Of a DNA stretch of 64,000 nucleotides, positions 38,810 to 51,000 are shown one piece after another. The DNA lies in assembly GCA_964247055.1 (NCBI GenBank), contig OZ176050.1, forward strand, positions 6,262,001 to 6,326,000, written 5' to 3'. The first letter of the stretch is position 1, and the number at the start of each line of letters is the position of its first letter. The stretch comes from Paragordius varius. Taxonomy: Eukaryota; Animalia; Nematomorpha. The notes beneath the pieces are model-generated. The model made no database searches, was not told the origin of the DNA, and saw only the letters and a program-made list of their open reading frames with translations. The translations under genes were made by a program, and so were the position numbers.

Positions 38810-39016
38810 AAACAACTATAAATACACATTGATGGGTCAAATTTTTTATATAATACTGTTTGTTTTTAATTGAAAGGGGTTATTTTAAGCATTATGAAAT
38901 TGATACTCATTGAATACATGATTTATTACCCATTATATGAACAAAATATGAATAAATATTAAAATTATTTTATTGGTTAAAGTTTTGTAAGTTATGTTTT
39001 TTGTGCCACATCAATA

Positions 39017-42000
39017 TCAAGCTTCAAATGTCGACATTAAACGCGTTAATTCTTCCATTTCATTTTGAAATTGGGTTATCTAAAAATACAATATTTAAAT
39101 ACATTAGCCAAAAAAGTATATTTTAATTTAATATTTTACCTTATCCTGATTAGTTTTCAAGACTTCAGCACTTATGTTATCGGCATTGTATGAAGGCGCT
39201 GATGTTATTGAAAGCAATGCGTTTAGCGATTCCTTCAAAGTTTCGAAACGGCCCATCATCTTATTTCGTTCTTTTTCGACATCGATTAAATCCTGCAATA
39301 ATTTTAAATAATATTGAGATTATTTAAAAAATAAAAAAACGTGCAAAATATATTATATTTCGAAATTCATAATATTAAAAATGTAAAAAAAACTCTTTTG
39401 GTGCCTAAAAATCGGAAAATAATTTTTCAGGAAAATGTTTAAATTTTTAAAAACACTAACTCGATTAGTGGGAAAATTTTTTACCTCTCTTGCATCGTTT
39501 ATAAATTAATTTATGGGAATGGTTGGTTACCTTTAAATTAACAATGGTTGATGAGGTAAATCGAGGGAAGTTAGGGATCGTAGTGGTAAAACTAGCACAA
39601 TTTTTTGCTCCATGCAGGGTATCATGATGTGGGACACCATCACACAACCTATCACTGTATCCAACCGTACCATTTATGCTGATTAGCAGAGATTTTGCAC
39701 CAACTCTATCTACCACAAAGGGTTTAAGATTAAGTACATGCTTAATAATTTTGCGTAAATGCATCGATTTTTTGATTTGAATGGCCTTTTCTTCTTCATC
39801 TATTTCAGCGGGCTGTGTTGCAATTTTGCCATTTTCCCCGTGATTGTTGTTTGGTTGACCATGGCTTATGTTCAATCCAATTTCAACTTTATGCAAAAAT
39901 ATTTTGATGTACATTTTTTTATATATGGCCACCTTATGCAAACATTACGACAATAATTTTTTGGTGAAATTTGATTTAAACGTCATCTAATTTATTAACA
40001 TAAAAAATTTAATTTTTTCTTAATATTAGATATACAATGAGCTCAATATACATACTTTTTGAGAGATATCAAAAATGGTTCACATTTTTTATTAATAATA
40101 AATAATAAACCTTCTAATTCAGTTTTTAGCAAATTATATTCTTGCCGAATGTTTCGTATCCCTTTAATAACGTTCATTACAAATGCAACGGCTTCGCTCA
40201 AATCACTCTCGGGTTGCCATATCTCAAACTAAATAGATATATGATATAAATATGTTTCAAAAAAATAAATTATTAAACAAATTAATATGTATTGATGGTA
40301 TCAAATCAGTATTGCATGAATATAATTAAATAATTATGAAAAATATACCATTATTCAAATTTACCCTAAAAATAATTATGAGTTTCCGAACTAATACAAC
40401 CCATTATTAACATAAAATATATCTTTATGGCATAGTTTATTATTTTTTCAGTATTATTTTGATTTAAAATAAAACTTTATTTTTTAAAAATAGGTAATTT
40501 TTAATCTTAAAAAATAATTTATTTGATGGTGAATTTAATTATGATAAATATATCAATTAGAACAGTGGCGTGAAACCTCTTTTGTAACCGGGTATGAATG
40601 TATCATTATAGATTCGGGCAAAAGAGAGGAGTATTGACAATCACCGTTCATTTGAGCATTTTTTTGGTTGTTGTTGTTGTTAAAAATTGGACGCATTCTT
40701 TGATACAGCTCTTCCGATATGTAAGGCATAAACGGATGAATCAAAATCAAAAAATATTTAAAACAATGCATCATAATACTGATACACAATGTTTTGTACG
40801 TTTCGGCATCTTTTGACTTATCATCACTATTTTGTAAGAAGTGAGGCTTGACATATTCCTATTTATTTATGCAAATATATAAAAATTTGAAAAATATAAA
40901 AAATATTTTCTCGCCTTATTTCTATAGATATGATTCAAATATACTGTACTCTTATATTACTATAAACCGTTTTGCAATTATATGTTTCCAACATTTAACT
41001 CTAGGATAGAAAACAATAAAATGCCCTTACAATGTATATATCACAAAATTGATAAAGCCAAAACGTATGAAGAGCTGAGGTCGCTACTGGAAATTCATAA
41101 GACACCATTGCAGCATTACATTTTTCAATACACGTGTAAAGTGATTGAAATATCCATGTATCTAATTCTTTAAACTTACAACACGGAAAGCTTTCTTCTT
41201 GAACATTGGAGTTTAAATCATGATTTCCATTTATTTCATTACTTTTGTTGGAATTTTCGGTCGTACCGTTTTGTTGTTGAACAAAAATATTTTTTAGTTC
41301 ATGCGTATGGTATATTCGCTTAGTATTTTCAGATTGATTTTGCCAACTATCAACAGCATTAAATATGAAACGGGCCGAGTTCCAAATCTTATTGCAGAAA
41401 TGGCGATAACCAACGATACGATTAACGTCAAGATTTATGTCACGCCCTAAAATATGGTAAAATTAATTTTATATATATATATATATAAAATAAGACTAGT
41501 AAAAATTTTTATTTGACAACACATTTGTAACCTTTTTCAAGAATTTAATCTATATTATTTGTTACGCAACCCAAAACGATGGGTCATATTCAAAATAATT
41601 TATTTGAAAAACAGTAGTTTTTATCTTATGTATTTAATCATTATTTTAGTTTTTGTTGTACCATACATTGTGTTTAAGGGCTATATCGTATAACGTTGAA
41701 GTTAAAAACAGAGTATAGCAGTAGATTTTCTAGTAAATAATATAATAACATAAAATTACCTTGCAAAGTATAGGCACATAGTGCAAACCGCAAAGCATCT
41801 GTACCGCACTCAGGAATACCCTGGGGAAAATCTTTTCGTTGACCAGCTTTGGCACGTTCTAATTCAGTCTCGTCCAAATTCCCTTGTAATAATTTTTCAT
41901 GTAAACTCTATTATACAAGGAACAATGTTTGTTTGTTTGTCAAACCAAAGCAGTTCATAAAATTATTTAAATAAACAAATAATTTATATTAAAAGTTTAA

Positions 42001-45000
42001 CCTCTAAACTAATCCCATTTATGACATCAATCGGATCGATAATATTTCCCAAACTTTTGCTCATTTTCCGACCATGGGCATCACGAACCATTGCATGTAA
42101 ATAAACCTTTTAAAATAAAACATATATTTTGTTTCAGATGATGAAATAAGAGAATACACGGTTTTTGTTTGATTCATTACAATTTGTAAAAAAAAAGACA
42201 AATTTAATTGTAAAAAATCCCATTTTTAAATATTTGATAAAATCATAATATTTTATTATGGTTATGGGGACATAAATGGCTCAAAATATTCCCAAACTAG
42301 CTGGTTTGTTAAAAAAATAACGCAAAGCGATAGTATTTTAAAAATAAGGCCATATATAATCTCAAAAGCAAACAAGCATAAAAAATATTTCAAAGACTAA
42401 TGTAATGGCTTTGTATCAAATAATTATTTTTAGCTGTATAATGATAGGTTACTTGCTTAAATGGTAAAGTTCCCATCAATTTTTGAGACATAAAAACCAT
42501 ACGGGCCACCCAAAAGAAAAGAATGTCATGTCCGGTTTCTAACAATGTTCCAGGAAAGTATTTTGACAAATCATGATTGTTCTAATAAAATAATATATGA
42601 ATGAAAATAAAAATATACAACAATTTTTTATAGCACGTCTTTTGTTTGCCTTTTAAGGCTTTAATTATTATATAATTTTGAAATTTTATGAAAATGAGCT
42701 TTAATCTAAATTCAAATTTTTCTAAAACTACTATGATAAAATAAATATTATTTTACCTTTTTCTAGTTTACAAAAAAATTTGGAATTGAAATCCAAAAAG
42801 CCTAATAATCGTAATTTTTATAACAAAAAAATATGGTATCCAACTCTACCTTTGCGTAAATATCATTCATTATTATATCTTAAAATTTTAAAAATACCTT
42901 AATATTGGGCCAACCTAAAGAAGCAAATGGAACGAGTGCCGAAGAAAACCATGTATCTAGGACATCCTCATCTAAATTTGAGATAAAAACATTTTAAAAT
43001 CAAAAATAATATTCTTTAATGAGTATAAGGAATATTATATTAATTTATAAAATTGATTATAAAATAGAAAAAATAAATATTAATCACACCTTGAATTAAT
43101 GATATATTTTCCGGTTTTAAGGGAATGTTTTTCTCTTTAATAAAGTTTATTGCCTTTTGTCGGGCCTCGTCCGAAGTGCGTCCAGAAAACCACAATTCAT
43201 CCTAAGTAAAAAATAACAGTTTAGGAACAAATAAATTAATTATCTAAACCAAAGGTTGGGCCGCAATTAAAATATGCGTGGACATACCTAGATAATTTAA
43301 TAAATTTTAACATAAGTATGTAAAATGCAAACACAATGACCCATGTTCGGGTAAGTATTACTTGCGTCCTTATGCTTAAATCCTTATGCTTACGTCCTTA
43401 TGCTTACATCCTTATGCTTACGTCTTTATGCTTACATTTTTGAATAAAAATAATACATTCATCATAAGTCTGCTCCTACTAGACTTATTAAAATTTCAAA
43501 GTGGCATAACTTTAAAAATATTGTGAATTTTTGAATTCTGTAAATTGGAGGAGAGAAAGTAAAGTATATTTAACAAATAATTTATAGGTTTGAATAATGT
43601 TGCTTCAATCTTTTGGCATTAAAAGGGGTTTACACAACCCCTGTTAAAAAATAGAAAATTCCTAAAACATGCATGCAAAATCAAAAGTTTTTTAGAAGAA
43701 ATAGGTATGCATTTTATCCAACTATATTTTTTAGATTTATTTGAGTCATGGAAAACTAAATATTTGCATACTTTGTGAAATATAAAATTTATCCAGTTTT
43801 TCAAATTCTTTAAATTGGAGGATAAAAATGATGTATATATAACAAATTATTTATAGGTTTTAGAAATTGAATGGTCGCATACACATCTTAGTGAACTAAG
43901 CTTCTTGAAAAAATATATCTGGAACATACATGTAAAACCCAAAGTTTTTTAGAAGGTGTGCAATTAATTTAACCATATTTTTTAGATTTAGATGTCATGG
44001 CAATCGAATTATCTGCGCACTTTTTGCATTTTGAGGATGAAGCATTGAAGAATCTACTTATTTTATTGGATTTCATAAAATTTTTACTATTTGATATATA
44101 AATATATTTATTTATTGTCAATAAATATATGATATTTGAAATTTACTTTAGTTGCAAGCGTCTAAAAATCATTTTAATCCACAGTGCACAAAATCGGAGG
44201 CTATAAAAAATATTATGATCAATCAAATATAATGCATATTAGGAGTATCACGGTGCTTGGTTTTAGGTCTAACGAATAATTTAGAGTTATATCCAGTTTT
44301 TGTTCCTTATCGAAAGGTTGCAAATTAGGCAAACTTATTTGGAGTCTCCGCTTAAAATTCTAAACTTCATTTTGGTTTTCAAATATAGTTCATAATTTAA
44401 TGATATTAAAGGATATTAAACTTTGACCAAAAAGACCCCTAAATATATCCCCAAATTTAAAGCAAAAGCTAATCAAAATTTTGAGGTGATAGAAATGTTA
44501 AACATCATGAAATTATAAAAAAAGTGTTTTTGTGATATCTTAAAGCACCATAAAATATGATTGCCAATTTTTTAGAAAAAATCTATTATATTGTCGATTT
44601 CTAATTTATATGAAAAATATTATCGCGCATTGGCGTTTTTAAAGAAACTGGCCCATTTTATAGAAGTCCAAAAAGTTGTTTAGGAGCCTACGCTTAAAAT
44701 TTTAAATTTCATTTTTGTTTTCGAATATAGTTCATATCATAATATAATGGTATTTTTAAAGGAAAGCATTTAGCTTTCACCAAAAAAATTAATAAATTTT
44801 CCTAATTTGCAACCTTTCGATAAGGAACAAAAACTGGATATAACTCTAAATTATTCGTTAGACCTAAAACAAAGCACCATGATACTCCTAATATGCATTA
44901 TATTTGATTGATCATAATATTTTTTATAGCCTCCGATTTTGTGCACTGTGGATTAAAATGATTTTTAGACGCTTGCAACTAAAGTAAATTTCAAATATCA

Positions 45001-48000
45001 TATATTTATTGACAATAAATAAATATATAGTTTTATATATCAAATAGTAAAAATTTTATGAAATCCAATAAAATAAGTAGATTCTTCAATGCTTCATCCT
45101 CAAAATGCAAAAAGTGCGCAGATAATTCGATTGCCATGACATCTAAATCTAAAAAATATGGTTAAATTAATTGCACACCTTCTAAAAAACTTTGGGTTTT
45201 ACATGTATGTTCCAGATATATTTTTTCAAGAAGCTTAGTTCACTAAGATGTGTATGCGACCATTCAATTTCTAAAACCTATAAATAATTTGTTATATATA
45301 CATCATTTTTATCCTCCAATTTAAAGAATTTGAAAAACTGGATAAATTTTATATTTCACAAAGTATGCAAATATTTAGTTTTCCATGACTCAAATAAATC
45401 TAAAAAATATAGTTGGATAAAATGCATACCTATTTCTTCTAAAAAACTTTTGATTTTGCATGCATGTTTTAGGAATTTTCTATTTTTTAACAGGGGTTGT
45501 GTAAACCCCTTTTAATGCCAAAAGATTGAAGCAACATTATTCAAACCTATAAATTATTTGTTAAATATACTTTACTTTCTCTCCTCCAATTTACAGAATT
45601 CAAAAATTCACAATATTTTTAAAGTTATGCCACTTTGAAATTTTAATAAGTCTAGTAGGAGCAGACTTATGATGAATGTATTATTTTTATTCAAAAATGT
45701 AAGCATAAAGACGTAAGTATAAGGATGTAAGCATAAGGACGTAAGCATAAGGATTTAAGCATAAGGACGCAAGTAATACTTACCCGAACATGGGTCAATG
45801 TCTCAAGATAAGTTACCAATTGGCAAGAATTAGAATAAATTGATATATTTTATAAATCAATTTTATCAAGATTTTGTGAGCATATTTTTATAATTTAGAG
45901 ATTTGCAAAATTTTCACAGGCCGCATTCTGGACATCCCTGAATATAAACTCTAAAGCTGAATGAAAATTTAGTAACAAACACTGAGCAACAGAAATTAAA
46001 TATTAAAATAATAATTAAAACAAAGTTTTTAAATTATGATAAAATGTCAATGTCCATGTTTTCTTTCTTGTTTTTTTGTGTGGATCTAAATATCTTGAAA
46101 TCATCTGTTGCTTTTAGGAACTCTTTGGTAACATTAATTTAGTACTTTTCTCTCATCCCTCCGGTTATTAAGGTTGTTACTATTTGTACGAATGAAACAA
46201 GCCTCTGAAATTGACCTGTTGAATAAGTTGTCGGCTTGTGCTATAATGGATGCTGGGGCGAAAGAGTGTCCCGTATTTTTGCATAGTTAGTAAAAGGCGT
46301 TCTGATTGTTCAACATATGCGCAGGACAATCATTATGGTACTTTAATAGTTGGTATATTCATTTTTAATTTCTCTACGTGGCTTCAACACACTTGATAAA
46401 TTATTTGGCGGTTTGTAATAAACTTGCACGACGTTTTTTGTTATAATGTTTATATTTTTTTAATGTGCTGTTAAACAACAGGTGTACACATCATACGGGC
46501 GCAATTTACATTGAGTTTAATATGCTGTTTATTGAATCGGCTCTCCAATGTTTTCTTGCTCAAGCAACATGGTTGCGATCTCTGGTGTTTAAGATGTCCG
46601 CACCTTTATGTCATTTAGTATAAGCGTTCTTTTTTAAAAACGCGTTTGTCATGGCTTTGTAAGTTTCCTATATTGGGTGGTTATATGATACAACCGAAAT
46701 TTTACTTAATAAACAGCTGACCGTTATATTAAACGAACAAAGTTTTGATAAAACATTGTTCAGGGAGTTGGTGCATGGTACCTCCGGGATCCATGGGAAA
46801 AAACGATTGGATGGATTGTTTAAAATAAATTTTATATTACATCTTTTAATAAAAAATATGTCCGGAAATTATTTTATGTAACAATATTGTGTTCAACTAC
46901 ATCAAATTAATATAAACCAAATACATAATGTTCTTTATGCCAATTGAACATGTCTTTATAATCTAATTATATGACAATTTTTTACACAACCGTAAAAATG
47001 ATATATTGATTATATACACGTTTGGTATAAATTTAAAGACCTGGTAAGTATTAATAAAGAGGCTAACACATAATTTTTAGTAAATACAATATTTTAAATC
47101 AAATATTTACCGAATAAAATTATAAAATAACTATAAACCTTATTTTCAAACCCTTGTTCTGAAAGATCATTCGAAATTAGATAGGCAGGTATTCGGTGAC
47201 CCCACCAAAGTTGTCGTGAAATACACCAATCTCTAATATATAAAAATATTATTGTCAAGCGAACCGAGTAAGACACAGTTTCAAGACTTTAAACAAAAAT
47301 GATTTAATCCTAAACATTGCTTTATCAAAATAATATTACAATTATTATTTTAAGCCTGACAAATTGCAAAACTTTGTGTTCTTCCTTGAGATCCTTATTG
47401 ATAAATTAAAAACCTTATATTGTTCATCCACTTGTACCAAGTTTTGTTATGATAATTGGGTATGAGCTCCAATCGCCCATCTTCCACCACCTAAAATATG
47501 AACAATAAAATTTTATTAAAATAAATAACAAGAGGTTATAAATATAGTAGCACAATATTATATGCAGTATATTTTTCATCCAAAAATATGGTTAAAAAAA
47601 CTGATATTAGTCAAATAATTTTATTAAATCTTAATATCATTTTTTTCTAGCGGTTATATACCGTAAAAATCGCGTCTTTCTAAGCCATCTTTACAAATTT
47701 TATCTCGTTAGACAGTATCTCTAACCACCGATTTAGAAAGCTACTTTTGTAACCCTTTCTTTCAACGTTATATCCGACTATCTTTTCATAAATAGTATTA
47801 ATCTTATCTTTCTAAGAGTTTAAAATTCCTAAAGCTATGTAACAAAATCTTTTGTGGGATCGGTTTTATGTTTGTACTTGCTGACATAGACAATTTTTAA
47901 ATTCTATCTATTATTAGTTCATCGCACATTAGTAAAACTATTTAACTTAATTATTATATCACCATATATATGCCATATATAACAATCTATTTGCTTAACA

Positions 48001-51000
48001 AATCTTTTAATCGTTCAATTAGCATCGCAATATGGCCTCACTTCTTTTCTCTCTATGAATAGACGATTAGCAAAAGACTGATTGATCCTTGATCACACTG
48101 ATTTATTCAATAGGCTCAGTCACTCTTTAGTAAGTTTTAACTTTGTTCTGGGAAGAACGGTTAATGCTTTTTAGAAATTATTTTTGTCTTAGAATATACA
48201 TATATCATCTGGTTTATTGATATGCATTAAAATACCATGCAACTCCATTTTGCTTATTATTTTCAAACTGCTTAGATTCGATGACTGGTGGATTTTCCAT
48301 GTATATATTCAAATTAATTTCCATATATACTATACATTTTTTTCTTTTTCGATTATCTCTTAAGCTTGACGAATATAAAATTTATTCCTCTATAATTTTA
48401 CAAGTCATTTATATAAGTTTATCATTAAAAATGCCCTCCCAACCGCTAGGTCACCTGTGGTAACCGTATTAATATATCCTAAATTAAATTCATTGTCTGG
48501 TACCACAATTTCGCTAATTTATTTTAAAGTAGTTTAAATTTCATGCATATTTGAGTAAAAAGATAATTTCAAATTTTTATACATTAATATGATCCCTTTA
48601 CTTAATCTTCCTCGCATTAAAATTTTTTGTTCTCCTTTTGAGTGGATGATGCTAAGGGGAAGGTCTAAAACTATTTTGATACCATTAAACTCACCATATA
48701 TAATTCATTTTTTCTAATTTAACCTATCTCTTAAGCTATTATTATTCCTTTATTTACTTGTCATCAGGCGAGTGCACATTATAAAAACTTATTTTTCCGC
48801 AATTTAAAATAAGACCAACAGCTATATTTTCCCCCTTAGTAGATATATAAGTGATACTGAAATTTTTTGCCGTCCATTGTAATAGTTGATATACTTTACA
48901 GTTCAAATTCACCCTTAAACAATTAGGATTCACCCTCAAACAATTCAATTTTACCCTTGAACAATTTAAATTGACCCTAAAAATAAATTATGTGTTTTCG
49001 AATTAATATAACTCATTATTATTATAAAATATATCTTTATGGCATAGTTCAATATTATTTTTTATTTAAAACAAAATTTTATTTTTTAAAAATATATAAA
49101 AATATAGATAATTTTTAATCTTAAAAACATATAATTGAGGGTGAATTTGAATTTTTCAAGGGTGAATTTGAATTGTTTAAGAGTGAATCGGAATTGTAAA
49201 TGGTATATATTAAAAAATGTGTTTTTTTCAAATAAATATAATTTTTACTTTAGTAGCATCCTTTGCCATTTGATCACAATTAAGAAACCATTGAGGCATT
49301 AACATGGGTTCTACCACATCTTTTGAACGGCTACATTATTGAGAAAAATATATATGTAAGTGATTTTATATTGGTAACACTCCCTAATGCAAGACGAAAA
49401 TATTAAAAATTATTATTTATTATGAGTTAAACCTCTTTTTTATACTATTTTTGAAAAGTTAACCCATATTTGCCTCTTTTACAAAAAATAAATTTTTGAT
49501 TTTTTATGCAATGCGTGCAGATCTGAAGGCTTAACCTGAAAACTAGACCTTTTGTGTCACAATGGTTAATTTTCTAATAGAATTTTCGAATTTGGCCATT
49601 TCTATATTCAAATTTTTTAGGTCCTATAAGAAAAGGATTTAGGCACAAATGCAGGTTACTATCCAAAAAATTTTGTTTTTCACAAAAACAGGTTTAAGTG
49701 TATTTTTATGATAGGTTATAATTTTACCTGCATATGGGTAAAAGCATGGTGTGGTCTTTTTTATCCTTCAACAATCCCATATTTTGTAATTGTTTCTCAA
49801 TGGTAGAACGGGCCTCAAACCTATGCAATCCCTAAATCGATATCAAAAATATATATTTTTAAACATAATAAATCGATAAAAAATTCTTTTAAATTGTGAA
49901 ATGAGTTTTTTAAAAAACATAGAAAATAAACAATATTACTTTATAAAATCATATCCAATTTACAAATTTATTACAAGTACTTGGTCGTAAACCTTATATT
50001 TAATTTTCACACAAAAAAATAAATTTCAAACTAATATACATTTTATTAGCGGTTATTATCAAAACTAAATATAATAAAATGAAATATTACAGAAAAAGCT
50101 CCACATAATTCATTTAAGCGTCCATCTTCAGTAAGAATGTTAATGAAGGGTAAAGAATGCCGCATCCCGATTTCATAGTCATCAAAATCGTGGGCTGGCG
50201 TGATTTTAACAGCGCCTAAATTTTGAGAAAAACAATAATTTTAGTTATGGAATATTTTATCTAATGCGACAATCAAATATATAATATATTTAATTTACCA
50301 GTTCCAAAAGTTATGTCAACACTTTCATCAAATATTATTGGTATTTCGCGCGAAACAAAGGGATGCACGGCTTTGTGGGTCGTGGATTTCCTAATCAAAC
50401 ATAAATAATTAAAAAAACTGATTTAATTGTGTTTAGATCTTCACATCTTACCAATTTTATAGTTGTATTGCATTAAAAACTTAAGTTAAAATACAAGCCT
50501 TTTAATCTAGGTAAGTCGATATGAGGGAGTTATGCTATAAATAATTTATGTCTTGATGTTTCACAGCATATTTTACACCCAAAATTTGTCTAATTTCACC
50601 AATTTTAAATGTCAATATATAAAATTAAATTCTTTATATATATATTTAAACGAACCATTAATTGGCAAAATAGCAGCACAGCACTATAAATAGCACACTA
50701 ATTAAAATAATGGTAATAATCATAAAACAAAAACATTAAAACCAATGATCTATAAAGACATTTAATCTTTTCCATAAAAGTATTGCTCATGAATTAAATA
50801 AATGTCATATAAATTTTTGATTAAAATTTTATTTTAGTTCATATAAAAACTAACCTGGTGCCATTCAAACCATACATTTGATAACGTGGATCAGAAGGAT
50901 TAACCGCTATACCTGTATCTCCCAACATTGTTTCCAATCTTGTCGTTGCGACAATAATTTCACCTTCTGCTTCTTTCAAAAATGTTGATTCACTTAAGTC

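Noticed and set aside
43365-43434. 14-bp tandem repeat as a telomeric or CRISPR-like array
   Set aside because: There are no spacers, the unit is not a telomere motif I recognise, and it is mirrored at the other end of the foldback, so it is a subterminal transposon repeat.
44180-44220. CACAGTG heptamer as a RAG/Transib recombination signal
   Set aside because: No ACAAAAACC-like nonamer at 12- or 23-bp spacing, and it is internal to the arm.
43619-45515. Two identical 61-aa ORFs on opposite strands
   Set aside because: They are a by-product of the inverted arms and show no protein-like features.
45900-45960. Second hammerhead next to the decayed PLE remnant (CAGG...CCTG-TGAAA on the minus strand)
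   Set aside because: There is no CUGANGA-like core upstream of the stem.
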